A DNA stretch of 64,000 bases from assembly GCA_963846315.1 (NCBI GenBank), contig CAWJVM010000007.1, positions 24,288 through 88,287 of the forward strand. The letters run 5' to 3'. A program made the translations under genes and the position numbers. Of the stretch, positions 43,526 to 52,995 are shown piece by piece. Source of the DNA: an uncultured Gammaproteobacteria bacterium. GTDB taxonomy: Bacteria > Pseudomonadota > Gammaproteobacteria > Steroidobacterales > Steroidobacteraceae. The notes beneath the pieces were generated by a model. It worked only from the letters and a program-made list of their open reading frames with translations. It was not told where the DNA came from and ran no database searches. Each line of letters starts with the position of its first letter. Within the stretch, counting starts at the first letter, position 1.

Positions 43526-44258
43526 TTATGCTGCTTCTTTAAGCCAGTTTGCATTGCGTTCGCGGCGCAGGATCTCGCCTCGCAGCCGACGGGACACCGC
43601 CCAGCCGAAGTACAGCTGGAAGCCGATGATCATGAGGAACAACGGAATCAGCATGGCCAGCTCGATCGACGGTTTGTCCATCTTGGTCACACTGGCGGGT
43701 TGGTGCAGCGTTGTCCACCAGTTCGACCGAGTAGTGGATGACAGGCACGTTGATGACGCCGACCAGCGCCAGCACGGCGCTCGCCCGGTCGGCCCGCTGG
43801 GGGTCGTCGAACGAGGCACGCAGCGCCATGTAGCCGAGGTACAGGAACAGCAGCAGCAGTTCCGAGGTGAGCCGGGCGTCCCAGACCCACCACGTGCCCC
43901 ACATCGGCTTGCCCCAGATCGAACCGGTTGCCAGGGCCAGGAACGTGAAGGAGGCGCCGATCGGGGCGCAGGCTGCCGCGGCCGCGTGGGCCAGCTTGAT
44001 GCGCCAGATCAGTCCGACGCCGGCTGCGACTGCCATGACGACGTACGTGAACATCGACATCCAGGCGCTGGGCGCGTGGACGTAGAGGATGCGGAAGCCG
44101 TCGCCCTGCTGGTAGTCAGCAGGCGCCTTGACCAATCCCCACCAGGTGGCAAGGAGAATCAAGGCCAGCGAAGCCCAACCGAACCAAGGGGCAATCATGC
44201 CCAGGATTCGGTAGGCGTGAGGCGGTGATGCGAGCTTATGGAACCAGGTCCACGACAT
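43526..44258 (-). CDS. ccmC: haem exporter protein CcmC (one apparent frameshift at about 43720)
   Basis: ATG 44258 (AAGAGGA upstream). WGKPMWGTWWVWDARLTSEL is the WWD motif. After ...VPVIHYSVE the sensible continuation WWTTLHQPASVTKMDKPSIELAMLIPLFLMIIGF... is in the frame of 43526..43819. Confidence 0.85.
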
Positions 44259-44316
44259 GTTGATCCTCTTGACCGGTCTGCGTGCGTTGCGTTCAGTGCT
44301 TTGCGTCAAATACGTG

Positions 44317-45009
44317 TCAATTCTCGACGCTGATACGGATCGCCGCAGACATTGCGATCGGTCCGAGACTCAGCGCCATGAAAAAGATCGCTGCCAGCAG
44401 CTGCAGCGGACCGGCCGGGGAGTCGCCGTCCATCTGCATGGCCACGGCGCGCGAACCGAAGATCAGCAGCGGCATGGCGAGCGGCAGCACCAGCAGCGAC
44501 AACAGCACGCTGCCCCGGCGCACACCCACGGTGAGGGCCGCGCCGATGCCCCCCAGGATACTGAGCGTACCGGTGCCGAGCAGCAGCGACAGCATCAGGA
44601 CGCCCCAGACGCTGGTCGGCAGGCCAAGGCCCGTCCCGACGATCGGCGACATGATAACGAGCGGGAGGCCGGTCAGCACCCAATGGGCCACGACCTTGGC
44701 CAGCAGCAGGTAGCCGAGGGGCTGGCCGGAGAGTACCCATTGTTCGGTGGTGCCGTCTTCGACATCTGCCCGGAACAGGGCCTCCAGCGCGAGCAGCGAG
44801 GCGAGCAAAGCCGCCACCCAGACCACGCCACCGCCGATTTCACGCAACGCTGACAGGTCGGGCGTGGTCGCGAGCGGGAACATCGTCGTGACGACGACAT
44901 AGAAGATGAGCGGCTGTGCGACCTCGTCCCAGCGACGCCAGGCCAGGGTCAGGTCGCGCTGGAAGACCAGCTTGGCCGCCGCGATCGTCGGAGTGCGCAC
45001 GGCGGTCAT
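44317..45009 (-). CDS. ccmB: haem exporter protein CcmB
   Basis: ATG 45009, overlapping the ccmA stop. MTAVRTPTIAAAKLVFQRDLTLAWRR... Six hydrophobic helices. The upstream part of the 375-aa track ORF is shadow. Confidence 0.9.
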   Translation of the reverse strand: MTAVRTPTIAAAKLVFQRDLTLAWRRWDEVAQPLIFYVVVTTMFPLATTPDLSALREIGGGVVWVAALLASLLALEALFRADVEDGTTEQWVLSGQPLGYLLLAKVVAHWVLTGLPLVIMSPIVGTGLGLPTSVWGVLMLSLLLGTGTLSILGGIGAALTVGVRRGSVLLSLLVLPLAMPLLIFGSRAVAMQMDGDSPAGPLQLLAAIFFMALSLGPIAMSAAIRISVEN

Positions 45010-45641
45010 GGCTCGAGCTCCAGTTGGCGCAGGCAGGGCGCGTCGTCGAGCAGGCGCTGGTGAGCCGCGGCGATGGCCAGGCCACCCCGCTCCACGTGGT
45101 CGACGATCAGGTCTTCGACCAGCTTGATGCCGGCGGTGTCGAGGTTGGTGACCGGCTCGTCGAGGATCCACAGCGCCGCGTCCGCGAGCAGCAGCCGCGC
45201 CAACGCCAGGCGGCGCTTCTGGCCGGCCGACAGGGATCGAGCCGGCAGGTCGCCGCGCGAGAGGATGCCGACGCGATCGAGGGTTTCGTCGATGGTCGTG
45301 GCCGTGAGCGTGGTGCGCAGGCCGGCCAGAAACTTGAGGTTCTCGCGGGCGGTCAGGTCGCCCTTCAGGGAATTGAGGTGACCGAGGTGACCCAGTTCGA
45401 AATTGAACTCGTCGCGGCGGCCCCGGATCGACTTGCCGCGCCACAAAAGCTCGCCGGTTTCAGCGGGCAGCAGCCCGCAGATCACCCGCAGCAGCGTCGT
45501 CTTGCCGACGCCGTTGGGACCCGTGACCTTGAGGAACTCGCCGGGGTGGACTGAGAAAGACACGTCACGCAGGATGTGCCGGTCCCCTCGCCACGCGTTG
45601 ATTTCGCGGGCCTCGAATATGGCCCCGTCGAATGTCATCAA
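45006..45641 (-). CDS. ccmA: haem ABC exporter ATPase CcmA
   Basis: Walker A GPNGVGKTT, signature LSAGQKRR, Walker B ALWILDEP. Confidence 0.95.
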   Translation of the reverse strand: MMTFDGAIFEAREINAWRGDRHILRDVSFSVHPGEFLKVTGPNGVGKTTLLRVICGLLPAETGELLWRGKSIRGRRDEFNFELGHLGHLNSLKGDLTARENLKFLAGLRTTLTATTIDETLDRVGILSRGDLPARSLSAGQKRRLALARLLLADAALWILDEPVTNLDTAGIKLVEDLIVDHVERGGLAIAAAHQRLLDDAPCLRQLELEP

Positions 45642-45749
45642 GCCTCCGCGCGATTTACTGTTTTCTCGCCCTGAACGAAGGTTGCAGGGCCGCGATTCGG
45701 CGCGAAGTCTAGCAAAACAGACTCATTCCAAGGTCGGGGATTGCCGCAG

Positions 45750-47771
45750 TCAGTTTGCGGGTTCTAGCCGGACGAGATCCGTCCCTTCCTCGACTCTTTG
45801 ACCCGTCTGCACCTTGACTTCGACGACGTTTGCAGGCCACGGCGCCGTGAGCGAGTGCTCCATCTTCATCGCCTCGAGCACCAGCAGCACGGCGCCCTGG
45901 TCGACCGTCTGGCCCACCTGCACGCGAACATCGAGCACGTGTCCGGGCATCGGCGCGCGGAAATGTCCTTCGTGCTCCGCCGAAACGCGATGCTCCGCGC
46001 CGGTGTCCTCGACGAAATCGAAGCGCAGGCACTGCCGTCGCACGCTCAGTCGACCGTGGTCCAGTTCGACACGCGCGCGCACCGGGTGACCATCGATGTA
46101 GCCCTCGAGCACATCGCTCCCGGGGCGTCGCAACGTCACCCGATGCGACTGGCCATCGATTACGACGGCCACGCCCTCGGGCTCGCGCCGGAACGAGAGC
46201 CAGTGCTGCAGCGGCTGCGACTCTGCAATCGACGCGGGGGCACCGTGCGTGTCGAGCCGCAACGCGACGCGGACGCTGGTCGGGCCGTTCAGCCGGAAGC
46301 CCGTGGCCGCGTCCCACGGACTGGCTGCGTAATGGGCAATCCCGAGATCGTCTCCCGGCATGGACTGCAGTCGAGCCGCCGCGGCAATCAGCCAGGCGGC
46401 GTGGATCTCGTGCGCTGCGACGGCGGGGATGAACGCGGGATCCGTCTCCAGCAGGCGCGTGCTGACGTCGCCCGTCCGCACGGCGGGGGCGCCAAGGACC
46501 TGCCAGAGGAAGCGTGCATTGGTGCGCACACCCTCGACTTCGGTGGCTTCGAGTGCGCGCTGCAGCTTGTCGAGCGCCGTCGCGCGATCGGGTGCCCAGA
46601 CGATCAGCTTCGCCAGCATCGGGTCGTAGTGGACAGTGACCTCATCACCCTCTTCCACGCCGGCATCGATGCGCACGTGCTGGGATGCTGCGGGGAAGCG
46701 CAGGCGCGAGAGTCGGCCCGTGGACGGCAGGAAGCCGCGCTCCGGGTCTTCGGCGTACAGCCGCGCTTCGACGGCGTGACCGTGCTGCGGGATCGCCGCC
46801 TGCTCGAGCGGCAACCGCTCGCCCGAGGCGACCCGCAGTTGCCATTCGACCAGGTCGAGCCCGGTGATCATTTCGGTGACCGGATGCTCGACCTGCAGGC
46901 GCGTGTTCATCTCGAGGAAATAGAACTCGGCACCGTCGTACAGGAATTCGACCGTGCCGGCGCCGCGATAACCGACCGCCTTTGCCGCCGCCACCGCCGC
47001 TGCGCCCATCGCTGCGCGCGTCGTGTCGTTGAGGCCAGGCGCGGGGGCCTCTTCGATGACTTTCTGGTGGCGGCGCTGCAGCGAGCAGTCGCGCTCATAC
47101 AGGTGCACGGCATTGCCGTGCGCGTCGGCGAAGACCTGGATTTCGACATGCCGGCCCTTCTCGACGAAGCGTTCGAGCAGCACTCGGTCATCGCCAAAGG
47201 ACTTGGCAGCTTCACGGCGCGCACCGGCGAGCGCTTCGGCGAACTCGGCTGCGGCGCGCACGATGCGCATGCCTTTGCCGCCCCCGCCCGCCGTTGGCTT
47301 GATCAACAGCGGATACTTCAGCGTCTTCGTCGCGGCGAGCAGCTTCGCGTCCGACTGATCGTCATCATCGTAGCCCGGCAGCACGGGCACACCGGCGGCG
47401 GCCATCAAGCGACGTGCCTCGCTCTTCGAACCCATGCGGTCGATCGATGACGCGGGCGGGCCGATGAACACGATGCCGGCCGCTTCGCAGGCGCGGGCGA
47501 AGTCGGCGTTTTCGGACAGGAAGCCGTACCCGGGGTGAATCGATTCGCAGTCCTGCTGCTTCGCCACGGCCAGCAGCTTGTCGCCGTCGAGGTAACTTTC
47601 GCGGGCGGCGGCAGGGCCGATGCAGACGGCCTGGTCCGCCATCCGCACGTGCAGCGCTCCACGATCGGCTTCCGAATACACGGCGACGGTGCGCAGACCC
47701 AGCCGTCGCGCGGTGCGAATGACGCGGCAGGCGATCTCGCCGCGGTTGGCAATCAGGACGCTCTTGAGCAT
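45750..47771 (-). CDS. liuD: 3-methylcrotonyl-CoA carboxylase alpha subunit (biotin carboxylase + BCCP)
   Basis: ATG 47771. MLKSVLIANRGEIACRVIRTA... ATP-grasp fold. C-terminal biotinyl motif EAMKMEH. The upstream part of the 956-aa track ORF is shadow over mccB. Confidence 0.85.
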   Translation of the reverse strand: MLKSVLIANRGEIACRVIRTARRLGLRTVAVYSEADRGALHVRMADQAVCIGPAAARESYLDGDKLLAVAKQQDCESIHPGYGFLSENADFARACEAAGIVFIGPPASSIDRMGSKSEARRLMAAAGVPVLPGYDDDDQSDAKLLAATKTLKYPLLIKPTAGGGGKGMRIVRAAAEFAEALAGARREAAKSFGDDRVLLERFVEKGRHVEIQVFADAHGNAVHLYERDCSLQRRHQKVIEEAPAPGLNDTTRAAMGAAAVAAAKAVGYRGAGTVEFLYDGAEFYFLEMNTRLQVEHPVTEMITGLDLVEWQLRVASGERLPLEQAAIPQHGHAVEARLYAEDPERGFLPSTGRLSRLRFPAASQHVRIDAGVEEGDEVTVHYDPMLAKLIVWAPDRATALDKLQRALEATEVEGVRTNARFLWQVLGAPAVRTGDVSTRLLETDPAFIPAVAAHEIHAAWLIAAAARLQSMPGDDLGIAHYAASPWDAATGFRLNGPTSVRVALRLDTHGAPASIAESQPLQHWLSFRREPEGVAVVIDGQSHRVTLRRPGSDVLEGYIDGHPVRARVELDHGRLSVRRQCLRFDFVEDTGAEHRVSAEHEGHFRAPMPGHVLDVRVQVGQTVDQGAVLLVLEAMKMEHSLTAPWPANVVEVKVQTGQRVEEGTDLVRLEPAN

Positions 47772-47779
47772 GGCTGGCC

Positions 47780-49387
47780 TCACATCCTGAAGATGCCGAA
47801 GGGGGTCTCGCCTGCGTCGGGTCGGCACGTGGCCGCCGCGAGCGCGAGGGCCAGCACGTTGCGCGTGTCGGCCGGGTCGATCACGCCGTCGTCCCAGAGC
47901 CGCGCACTGGCGTACGTGGGGTGACCCTGGGTTTCGTACTGGCCACGGATGTCGTCGCGGAACTTCTGTTCGTCGGCCTGCGGCCACTCTTCGCCTCGAC
48001 GCTGCAGGCCTTCGCGCTTGACGATCGCCAGCACGGTCGCGGCCTGTTCGCCGCCCATCACCGAGATGCGCGAGTTGGGCCAGGTCCAGAGGAAGCGGCC
48101 GCCGTACGCGCGACCGCACATGGCATAGTTGCCGGCGCCGAACGAGCCGCCGATGATCACGGTGAACTTGGGCACGGACGCACAGGCCACCGCCGTCACC
48201 ATCTTGGCGCCGTCGCGGGCGATGCCGCCGGCTTCGTACTTGCGCCCGACCATGAAGCCGGTGATGTTCTGCAGGAACACCAGCGGCACGCGCCGGCGAT
48301 TGCACAGTTCGATGAAATGCGCGCCCTTGAGCGCCGCCTCCGAGAACAGCACGCCGTTGTTGGCGATGATGCCGACCGGGTAGCCGGCGATCCGGGCGAA
48401 GCCGCAGACGAGCGTCGTGCCATAGAGCTCCTTGAACTCGTCGAACTCGGACGCGTCGACCAGGCGCGCGATCACTTCGCGCACGTCGTAGGGGTGACGC
48501 GTGTCCCGCGGCACGACTCCGTACAACTCTTCGGCGGCATGGATCGGCGCGCGAGCCGGCTCGGGCGGTGGCTTCGAGCCCGTACGGTTCAGGTTGCTGA
48601 CCAGTCGCCGCGCCATCCACAGCGCATGTGCATCGTTGTCAGCCAGGTAATCGACGACTCCGGACTGCCGGGCATGCACGTCGCCACCCCCCAGCGTTTC
48701 GGCATCGACGACTTCACCCGTCGCGGCTTGCACCAGCGGCGGACCGCCGAGAAAGATCGTGCCCTGTTCGCGCACGATGATCGCCTCGTCGCACATCGCC
48801 GGGACGTAGGCGCCCCCTGCCGTGCACGATCCCATCACCACGGCCAGTTGCGGAATGCCGCGCGCCGACATCTGCGCCTGGTTGTAAAAGATGCGGCCGA
48901 AGTGTTCGCGGTCAGGGAAGACGTCGTCCTGTCGTGGCAGGAACGCGCCGCCGGAATCGACGAGATAAATGCAGGGCAGCCGGTTCTCCAGCGCCACTTC
49001 CTGTGCGCGCAGGTGCTTGCGCACGGTGATGGGGTAATACGTGCCGCCCTTCACGGTCGCGTCGTTGCCGACGATGACGCATTCGAGGCCCGCGACGCGG
49101 CCGATACCGGCCACGACACCGCCGCTCGGAATCCAGTCGTCGTACAGGTCGTGGCCCGCAAGCTGGCCGATTTCGAGGAACGGTGAGCCGGGGTCGAGCA
49201 GGCGATCGATGCGATCGCGCACCAGCAGCTTGTCGCGGCCCTCATGCTGGGCACGAGCCGCGGCGGAACCGCCTGCGCGGACCCTGGTCGCCAGTTCACG
49301 GAGTTCGGCGGCCAGCGTCCGGTTGACGGCCTCGTTGGCCGTGAACTCGGCGCCATGCCGGTCGATACGGGTCTGCAGCACGCTCAT
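47780..49387 (-). CDS. liuB: 3-methylcrotonyl-CoA carboxylase beta subunit (carboxyltransferase)
   Basis: 535 aa. [58 protein letters not shown]...[16 protein letters not shown] is near-identical in pattern to MCCC2-type enzymes. Confidence 0.9.
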   Translation of the reverse strand: MSVLQTRIDRHGAEFTANEAVNRTLAAELRELATRVRAGGSAAARAQHEGRDKLLVRDRIDRLLDPGSPFLEIGQLAGHDLYDDWIPSGGVVAGIGRVAGLECVIVGNDATVKGGTYYPITVRKHLRAQEVALENRLPCIYLVDSGGAFLPRQDDVFPDREHFGRIFYNQAQMSARGIPQLAVVMGSCTAGGAYVPAMCDEAIIVREQGTIFLGGPPLVQAATGEVVDAETLGGGDVHARQSGVVDYLADNDAHALWMARRLVSNLNRTGSKPPPEPARAPIHAAEELYGVVPRDTRHPYDVREVIARLVDASEFDEFKELYGTTLVCGFARIAGYPVGIIANNGVLFSEAALKGAHFIELCNRRRVPLVFLQNITGFMVGRKYEAGGIARDGAKMVTAVACASVPKFTVIIGGSFGAGNYAMCGRAYGGRFLWTWPNSRISVMGGEQAATVLAIVKREGLQRRGEEWPQADEQKFRDDIRGQYETQGHPTYASARLWDDGVIDPADTRNVLALALAAATCRPDAGETPFGIFRM

Positions 49388-49418
49388 GCTTCGAGTCTCC
49401 CCTGGCGCGGTGCGTGGA

Positions 49419-50282
49419 TCAGCGGCGTTCGAGCGCAGCCAGGATGCGCTCCGCTTGCTTGACGTGCGGTCGGTCGATCATGCGGCCGTCGAGCGCCACG
49501 GCGCCTTGGCCACCAGCGGCAGACATCAGTTCGACGACGCGACGGGCCCACGCGACTTCGTCGCGGGTGGGCGCAAAGGCGGCATGGATCGGTGCCAGTT
49601 GTGCCGGATGGATCGCGAGCTTGCCGACGAAACCGTCCCGGCGGGAAGCCTGCGCCCGGCGTTCGACGGCAGCGACATCCTTGAATTCGATGTCGGTTGT
49701 GTCGTAGGCGGCAATTCCCGCCGCGGCGGCCATCAGCAGGCACGACGAGCGCGCCAGCCGGAACGTGAATTCGAATTCGCCGTCGACGGTGCGATTGGCT
49801 GAGGCACCGACGTCCGCAGCCAGGTCTTCGGCGCCCCAGGTGTAGCCGATGACCCGCGCAGGTGGTGCCGCGAAGGTGGCACCACTGAGTACCGCATGCG
49901 CGGTTTCGGTGATCAGCGCGATCACCTTGATGGAGCCGCGCGGGTGGCCGTGCTGCGCTTCGAGCGCTTCGAGCCAGTGATCGAGTCGTTGCAGGTCGGC
50001 GCCGTTGCGCGCCTTCGGCAGCACGATGCCATCGGGTCGTGCCGCGACCACGGCTGCGAGGTCGGCGAGCGCATCGTCGGTCTGGACCGGGTTGATGCGC
50101 ACCCACAGTGGAATCGATCGCTCGGTCGCGCGCAGCAGGTCTGCCACGTTGAGACGGGCTCGCGGACGCGCGGCCGGCGTCACTGCGTCCTCGAGATCGC
50201 AGATCACGGCATCGGCGCCGCTCGCCAGCGCCTTAACGAATCGCTCCGGCCGGTCGCCCGGTACGAACAGCAACGAGCGCAT
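49419..50282 (-). CDS. HpcH/HpaI-CitE family CoA-ester lyase
   Basis: ATG 50282. [34 protein letters not shown]...WVRIN...LPKA...[10 protein letters not shown]...KLAIHPAQ is the citryl/malyl-CoA-lyase-like pattern. Confidence 0.8.
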   Translation of the reverse strand: MRSLLFVPGDRPERFVKALASGADAVICDLEDAVTPAARPRARLNVADLLRATERSIPLWVRINPVQTDDALADLAAVVAARPDGIVLPKARNGADLQRLDHWLEALEAQHGHPRGSIKVIALITETAHAVLSGATFAAPPARVIGYTWGAEDLAADVGASANRTVDGEFEFTFRLARSSCLLMAAAAGIAAYDTTDIEFKDVAAVERRAQASRRDGFVGKLAIHPAQLAPIHAAFAPTRDEVAWARRVVELMSAAGGQGAVALDGRMIDRPHVKQAERILAALERR

Positions 50283-50746
50283 CAGGTCACTCCCGGCAGC
50301 TTCTTCATCAACGCCATGCGCTTGCACACAGCCACTTCTTCGTTGCGCTGGTTGAAGCAACGATGGACGAACGTGACGATGCCCGCGTTCGGACGCGACT
50401 TGCTCTCGCGCATCTCGTGCACGATCGATTCGGTGCGCAGCGTGTCGCCGATGAACACCGGCTTCGGAAAACGCACTTCGTCCCAGCCCAGGTTCGCAAC
50501 TGTCGTGCCGAGCGTCGTGTCCGCGACGGAGACGCCGACCATCAGGCTCAGCGTGAAGCAGCTGTTGACGATGCGCGTGCCGAACTCGGAGGACTTCATG
50601 GCCTCCTCGTCGAGGTGCAGTGCTGCCGGGTTGTGCGTGAGCGCGCTGAAGATGAGGTTGTCGGTCTCGGTGACCGTGCGTCGCAGCACGTGCTCGAACC
50701 GCTGACCCACGCTGAACTGCTCGTAATAGAGTCCGCCCATCGGCAT
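50282..50746 (-). CDS. MaoC-family (R)-specific enoyl-CoA hydratase
   Basis: 154 aa, single hot-dog fold. FSALTHNPAALHLDEEAMKSSEFGTRIVNSCFTLSL. Confidence 0.8.
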   Translation of the reverse strand: MPMGGLYYEQFSVGQRFEHVLRRTVTETDNLIFSALTHNPAALHLDEEAMKSSEFGTRIVNSCFTLSLMVGVSVADTTLGTTVANLGWDEVRFPKPVFIGDTLRTESIVHEMRESKSRPNAGIVTFVHRCFNQRNEEVAVCKRMALMKKLPGVT

Positions 50747-50764
50747 CGTCGTTCCCCCTGTGCG

Positions 50765-51922
50765 TCAGGCCGTCGCCGCGAACAGCTCGCGACCGATCAG
50801 CATGCGGCGGATTTCGCTGGTGCCGGCACCGATCTCGTAGAGCTTCGCGTCGCGCAGGATACGCCCGGTCGGGTAGTCGTTGATGTAGCCATTGCCGCCG
50901 AGCGCCTGGATTCCGTCCAGCGCCACCTGCGTCGCCTTCTCTGCCGCAAGCAGAATGCAGCCCGCCGCGTCCATGCGCGTGGTCCGGCCCGCGTCGCAGG
51001 CCCTGGCCACGGCGTAGACGTAGGCGCAGCACGAGCTCAACGTGGTGTACATGTCGGCCAGCTTGCCCTGCATCAGCTGGAACGAGCCGATCGGCGCACC
51101 GAACTGCCTGCGCTCGTGCACGTAGGGCGCGACACAATCGAACACGGCACGCATCAGGCCCAGCGGTCCGCCCGCGAGCACGACGCGTTCATAGTCGAGT
51201 CCGCTCATCAATACGCGGGCGCCCTGTCCCACCTGGGCCAGCACGTTCTCGGCCGGGATTTCGCAATCCTCGAACACGAGTTCGCAGGTGTCCGATCCGC
51301 GCATGCCGAGCTTGTCGAGCTTCGGCGCGGTCGAGAACCCCTTACTGCCCTTCTCGACCAGGAACGCGGTGACGCCCTTGTGCCCGGCACTTGGATCGAC
51401 CGTGGCGTACACGACCAGGGTGTCGGCGCTCGGCCCGTTGGTGATCCACATCTTGCTGCCGTTCAATACGTAGCGGTCGCCCTGCGGCCGCGCGTGCAGG
51501 CGCATGCTCATGACGTCGGAGCCGGAGCCGGGTTCGCTCATCGCCAGCGCACCGACGTGCTCGCCAGAGAGCAGTTTCGGCAGGTACCGTTCCTTCTGCG
51601 CCTGCGTGCCCCAGCGATGGATCTGGTTGACGCACAGGTTGGAATGCGCACCGTACGACAGCGCCACGCTGCCGGACGCCCGGCTGATTTCTTCCATGCA
51701 GATGACGTGCGCGAGGTACCCCATGCCCGTGCCGCCGAATTCGGGTGCGACAGTAATGCCGAGCAAGCCGAGATCGCCGAACTTGCGCCAGAGGTCCACT
51801 GGAAAGGCGTTGCTGCGATCGATATCGGTCGCGCGGGGTGCGATCTCGGTGGCGGCGAAGCTGCGCACCGTTTCCCGCAGGAGGTCGATGTCCTCACCCA
51901 GGCCGAAGTCGAAGTCGAACAT
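50765..51922 (-). CDS. liuA: isovaleryl-CoA dehydrogenase
   Basis: Start ATG 51922 ([19 protein letters not shown]...); the alternative is 51976. Acyl-CoA dehydrogenase motifs ([36 protein letters not shown]). Assigned as IVD from context with MCCase. Confidence 0.85.
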   Translation of the reverse strand: MFDFDFGLGEDIDLLRETVRSFAATEIAPRATDIDRSNAFPVDLWRKFGDLGLLGITVAPEFGGTGMGYLAHVICMEEISRASGSVALSYGAHSNLCVNQIHRWGTQAQKERYLPKLLSGEHVGALAMSEPGSGSDVMSMRLHARPQGDRYVLNGSKMWITNGPSADTLVVYATVDPSAGHKGVTAFLVEKGSKGFSTAPKLDKLGMRGSDTCELVFEDCEIPAENVLAQVGQGARVLMSGLDYERVVLAGGPLGLMRAVFDCVAPYVHERRQFGAPIGSFQLMQGKLADMYTTLSSCCAYVYAVARACDAGRTTRMDAAGCILLAAEKATQVALDGIQALGGNGYINDYPTGRILRDAKLYEIGAGTSEIRRMLIGRELFAATA

Positions 51923-51964
51923 GCTGGTCACCCCGGAGTTGCATGGACGGTCGCGGGACTCTAT

Positions 51965-51977
51965 ATTGTCCGACAAT
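51965..51977. promoter_or_regulatory. perfect 13-bp palindrome, candidate GntR-family operator in the divergent promoter region
   Basis: ATTGTC-C-GACAAT lies between the ivd start (51922) and the regulator start (52005). It fits the generic GntR/FadR t.GT-N-AC.a half-site logic. Confidence 0.4.
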
Positions 51978-52004
51978 CGGACTATCCGTCAATCGAGACG
52001 CGCC

Positions 52005-52772
52005 ATGACCGAGTCGACCCCCGCCTACAAGGCCGCGCTGTTCGAACCGCTGGCCCGCCAGCCGGCTTCGCATCGGATCTCAGCCGTCATCGAGCAGAAG
52101 ATACTCCGGCGCAGCCTGCGCCCGGGCGATGACCTGCCGACCGAAACCGAACTCGCCGAGCAGTTTGCGGTCAATCGCTCGACCGTGCGCGAGGCATTGC
52201 GTCGCCTGGAGTCGGTCGGACTGGTGGGTCGCGAGGGTGGCAGCAAGCGCCTCAAGGTCACGCGACCGGGACACGCAGAAACCGCATCACGCGTGGGACG
52301 CACGCTCGCGCTCGACGATGTCACCTTCATCGAATTGTGGGAGGCCATGCGCGCGGTGGCACCACGCGTCGCCGCTATCACCGCCGACAAAGGCACGACC
52401 GCAGACGTCGCGCAGCTCGAGGCAATCGTTGCAGCAGTCGAGACCGCCCGCAGCGCCGACGGCGCCGTGAATCATGTCGTCGAGTTCTTCGGCAAGCTGG
52501 CCGAGCTCAGCGGCAACCGCGTGCTGCAGCTCGCCATGCAGCCCGTCACACGATTACTCGCCCCTTCCCTGCGACGCATGATCGACCGTGTGCCGCAGGG
52601 TCGCACCCGCATCCTCGTGGCACAGCGCTGCATCGTCGAAGCCATCCGCGAGCACAAGCCCGACGAGGCCGAGTCATGGATGACACGGCACGTGCAGGAC
52701 TTCCGCCGGGGTTACGAACTCGCCGGCATCGCGCTCGACACGAAGGTCGGCGTCGGTTCGATGGCCGATTAG
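52005..52772 (+). CDS. GntR family (FadR/FCD subfamily) transcriptional regulator
   Basis: ATG 52005. ...LRPGDDLPTETELAEQFAVNRSTVREALRRLESVGLV is the winged-helix motif, followed by a helical FCD-like C-terminus. The upstream part of the 422-aa track ORF is shadow of ivd. Confidence 0.85.
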   Translation: MTESTPAYKAALFEPLARQPASHRISAVIEQKILRRSLRPGDDLPTETELAEQFAVNRSTVREALRRLESVGLVGREGGSKRLKVTRPGHAETASRVGRTLALDDVTFIELWEAMRAVAPRVAAITADKGTTADVAQLEAIVAAVETARSADGAVNHVVEFFGKLAELSGNRVLQLAMQPVTRLLAPSLRRMIDRVPQGRTRILVAQRCIVEAIREHKPDEAESWMTRHVQDFRRGYELAGIALDTKVGVGSMAD

Positions 52773-52891
52773 CGCAGGCGGATGACTGTCGTCGTCGACT
52801 GGCGCGCAGCAAGCTCTCGAACGGCACGCGCCCTCTGCATGTCGCACCCGGTCACCGCAGCGTCCGTGTGCTCGGCTAAACTGCGGTTCGG

Positions 52892-52978
52892 GCCCCGGTG
52901 GCGAAATCGGTAGACGCTACGGACTTAAAATCCGTTTCCCGCAAGGGAGTGCCAGTTCGAGTCTGGCCCGGGGCACCA
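52892..52978 (+). tRNA. tRNA-Leu (anticodon UAA), type II with long variable arm
   Basis: Manual fold:
- acceptor stem GCCCCGG/CCGGGGC
- anticodon stem ACGGA/TCCGT with loop CTTAAAA
- variable arm TCCC-GCAA-GGGA
- T arm GCCAG-TTCGAGT-CTGGC
- discriminator A followed by CCA. Confidence 0.9.
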
Positions 52979-52995
52979 CCGCGACCTCCGTCGCT

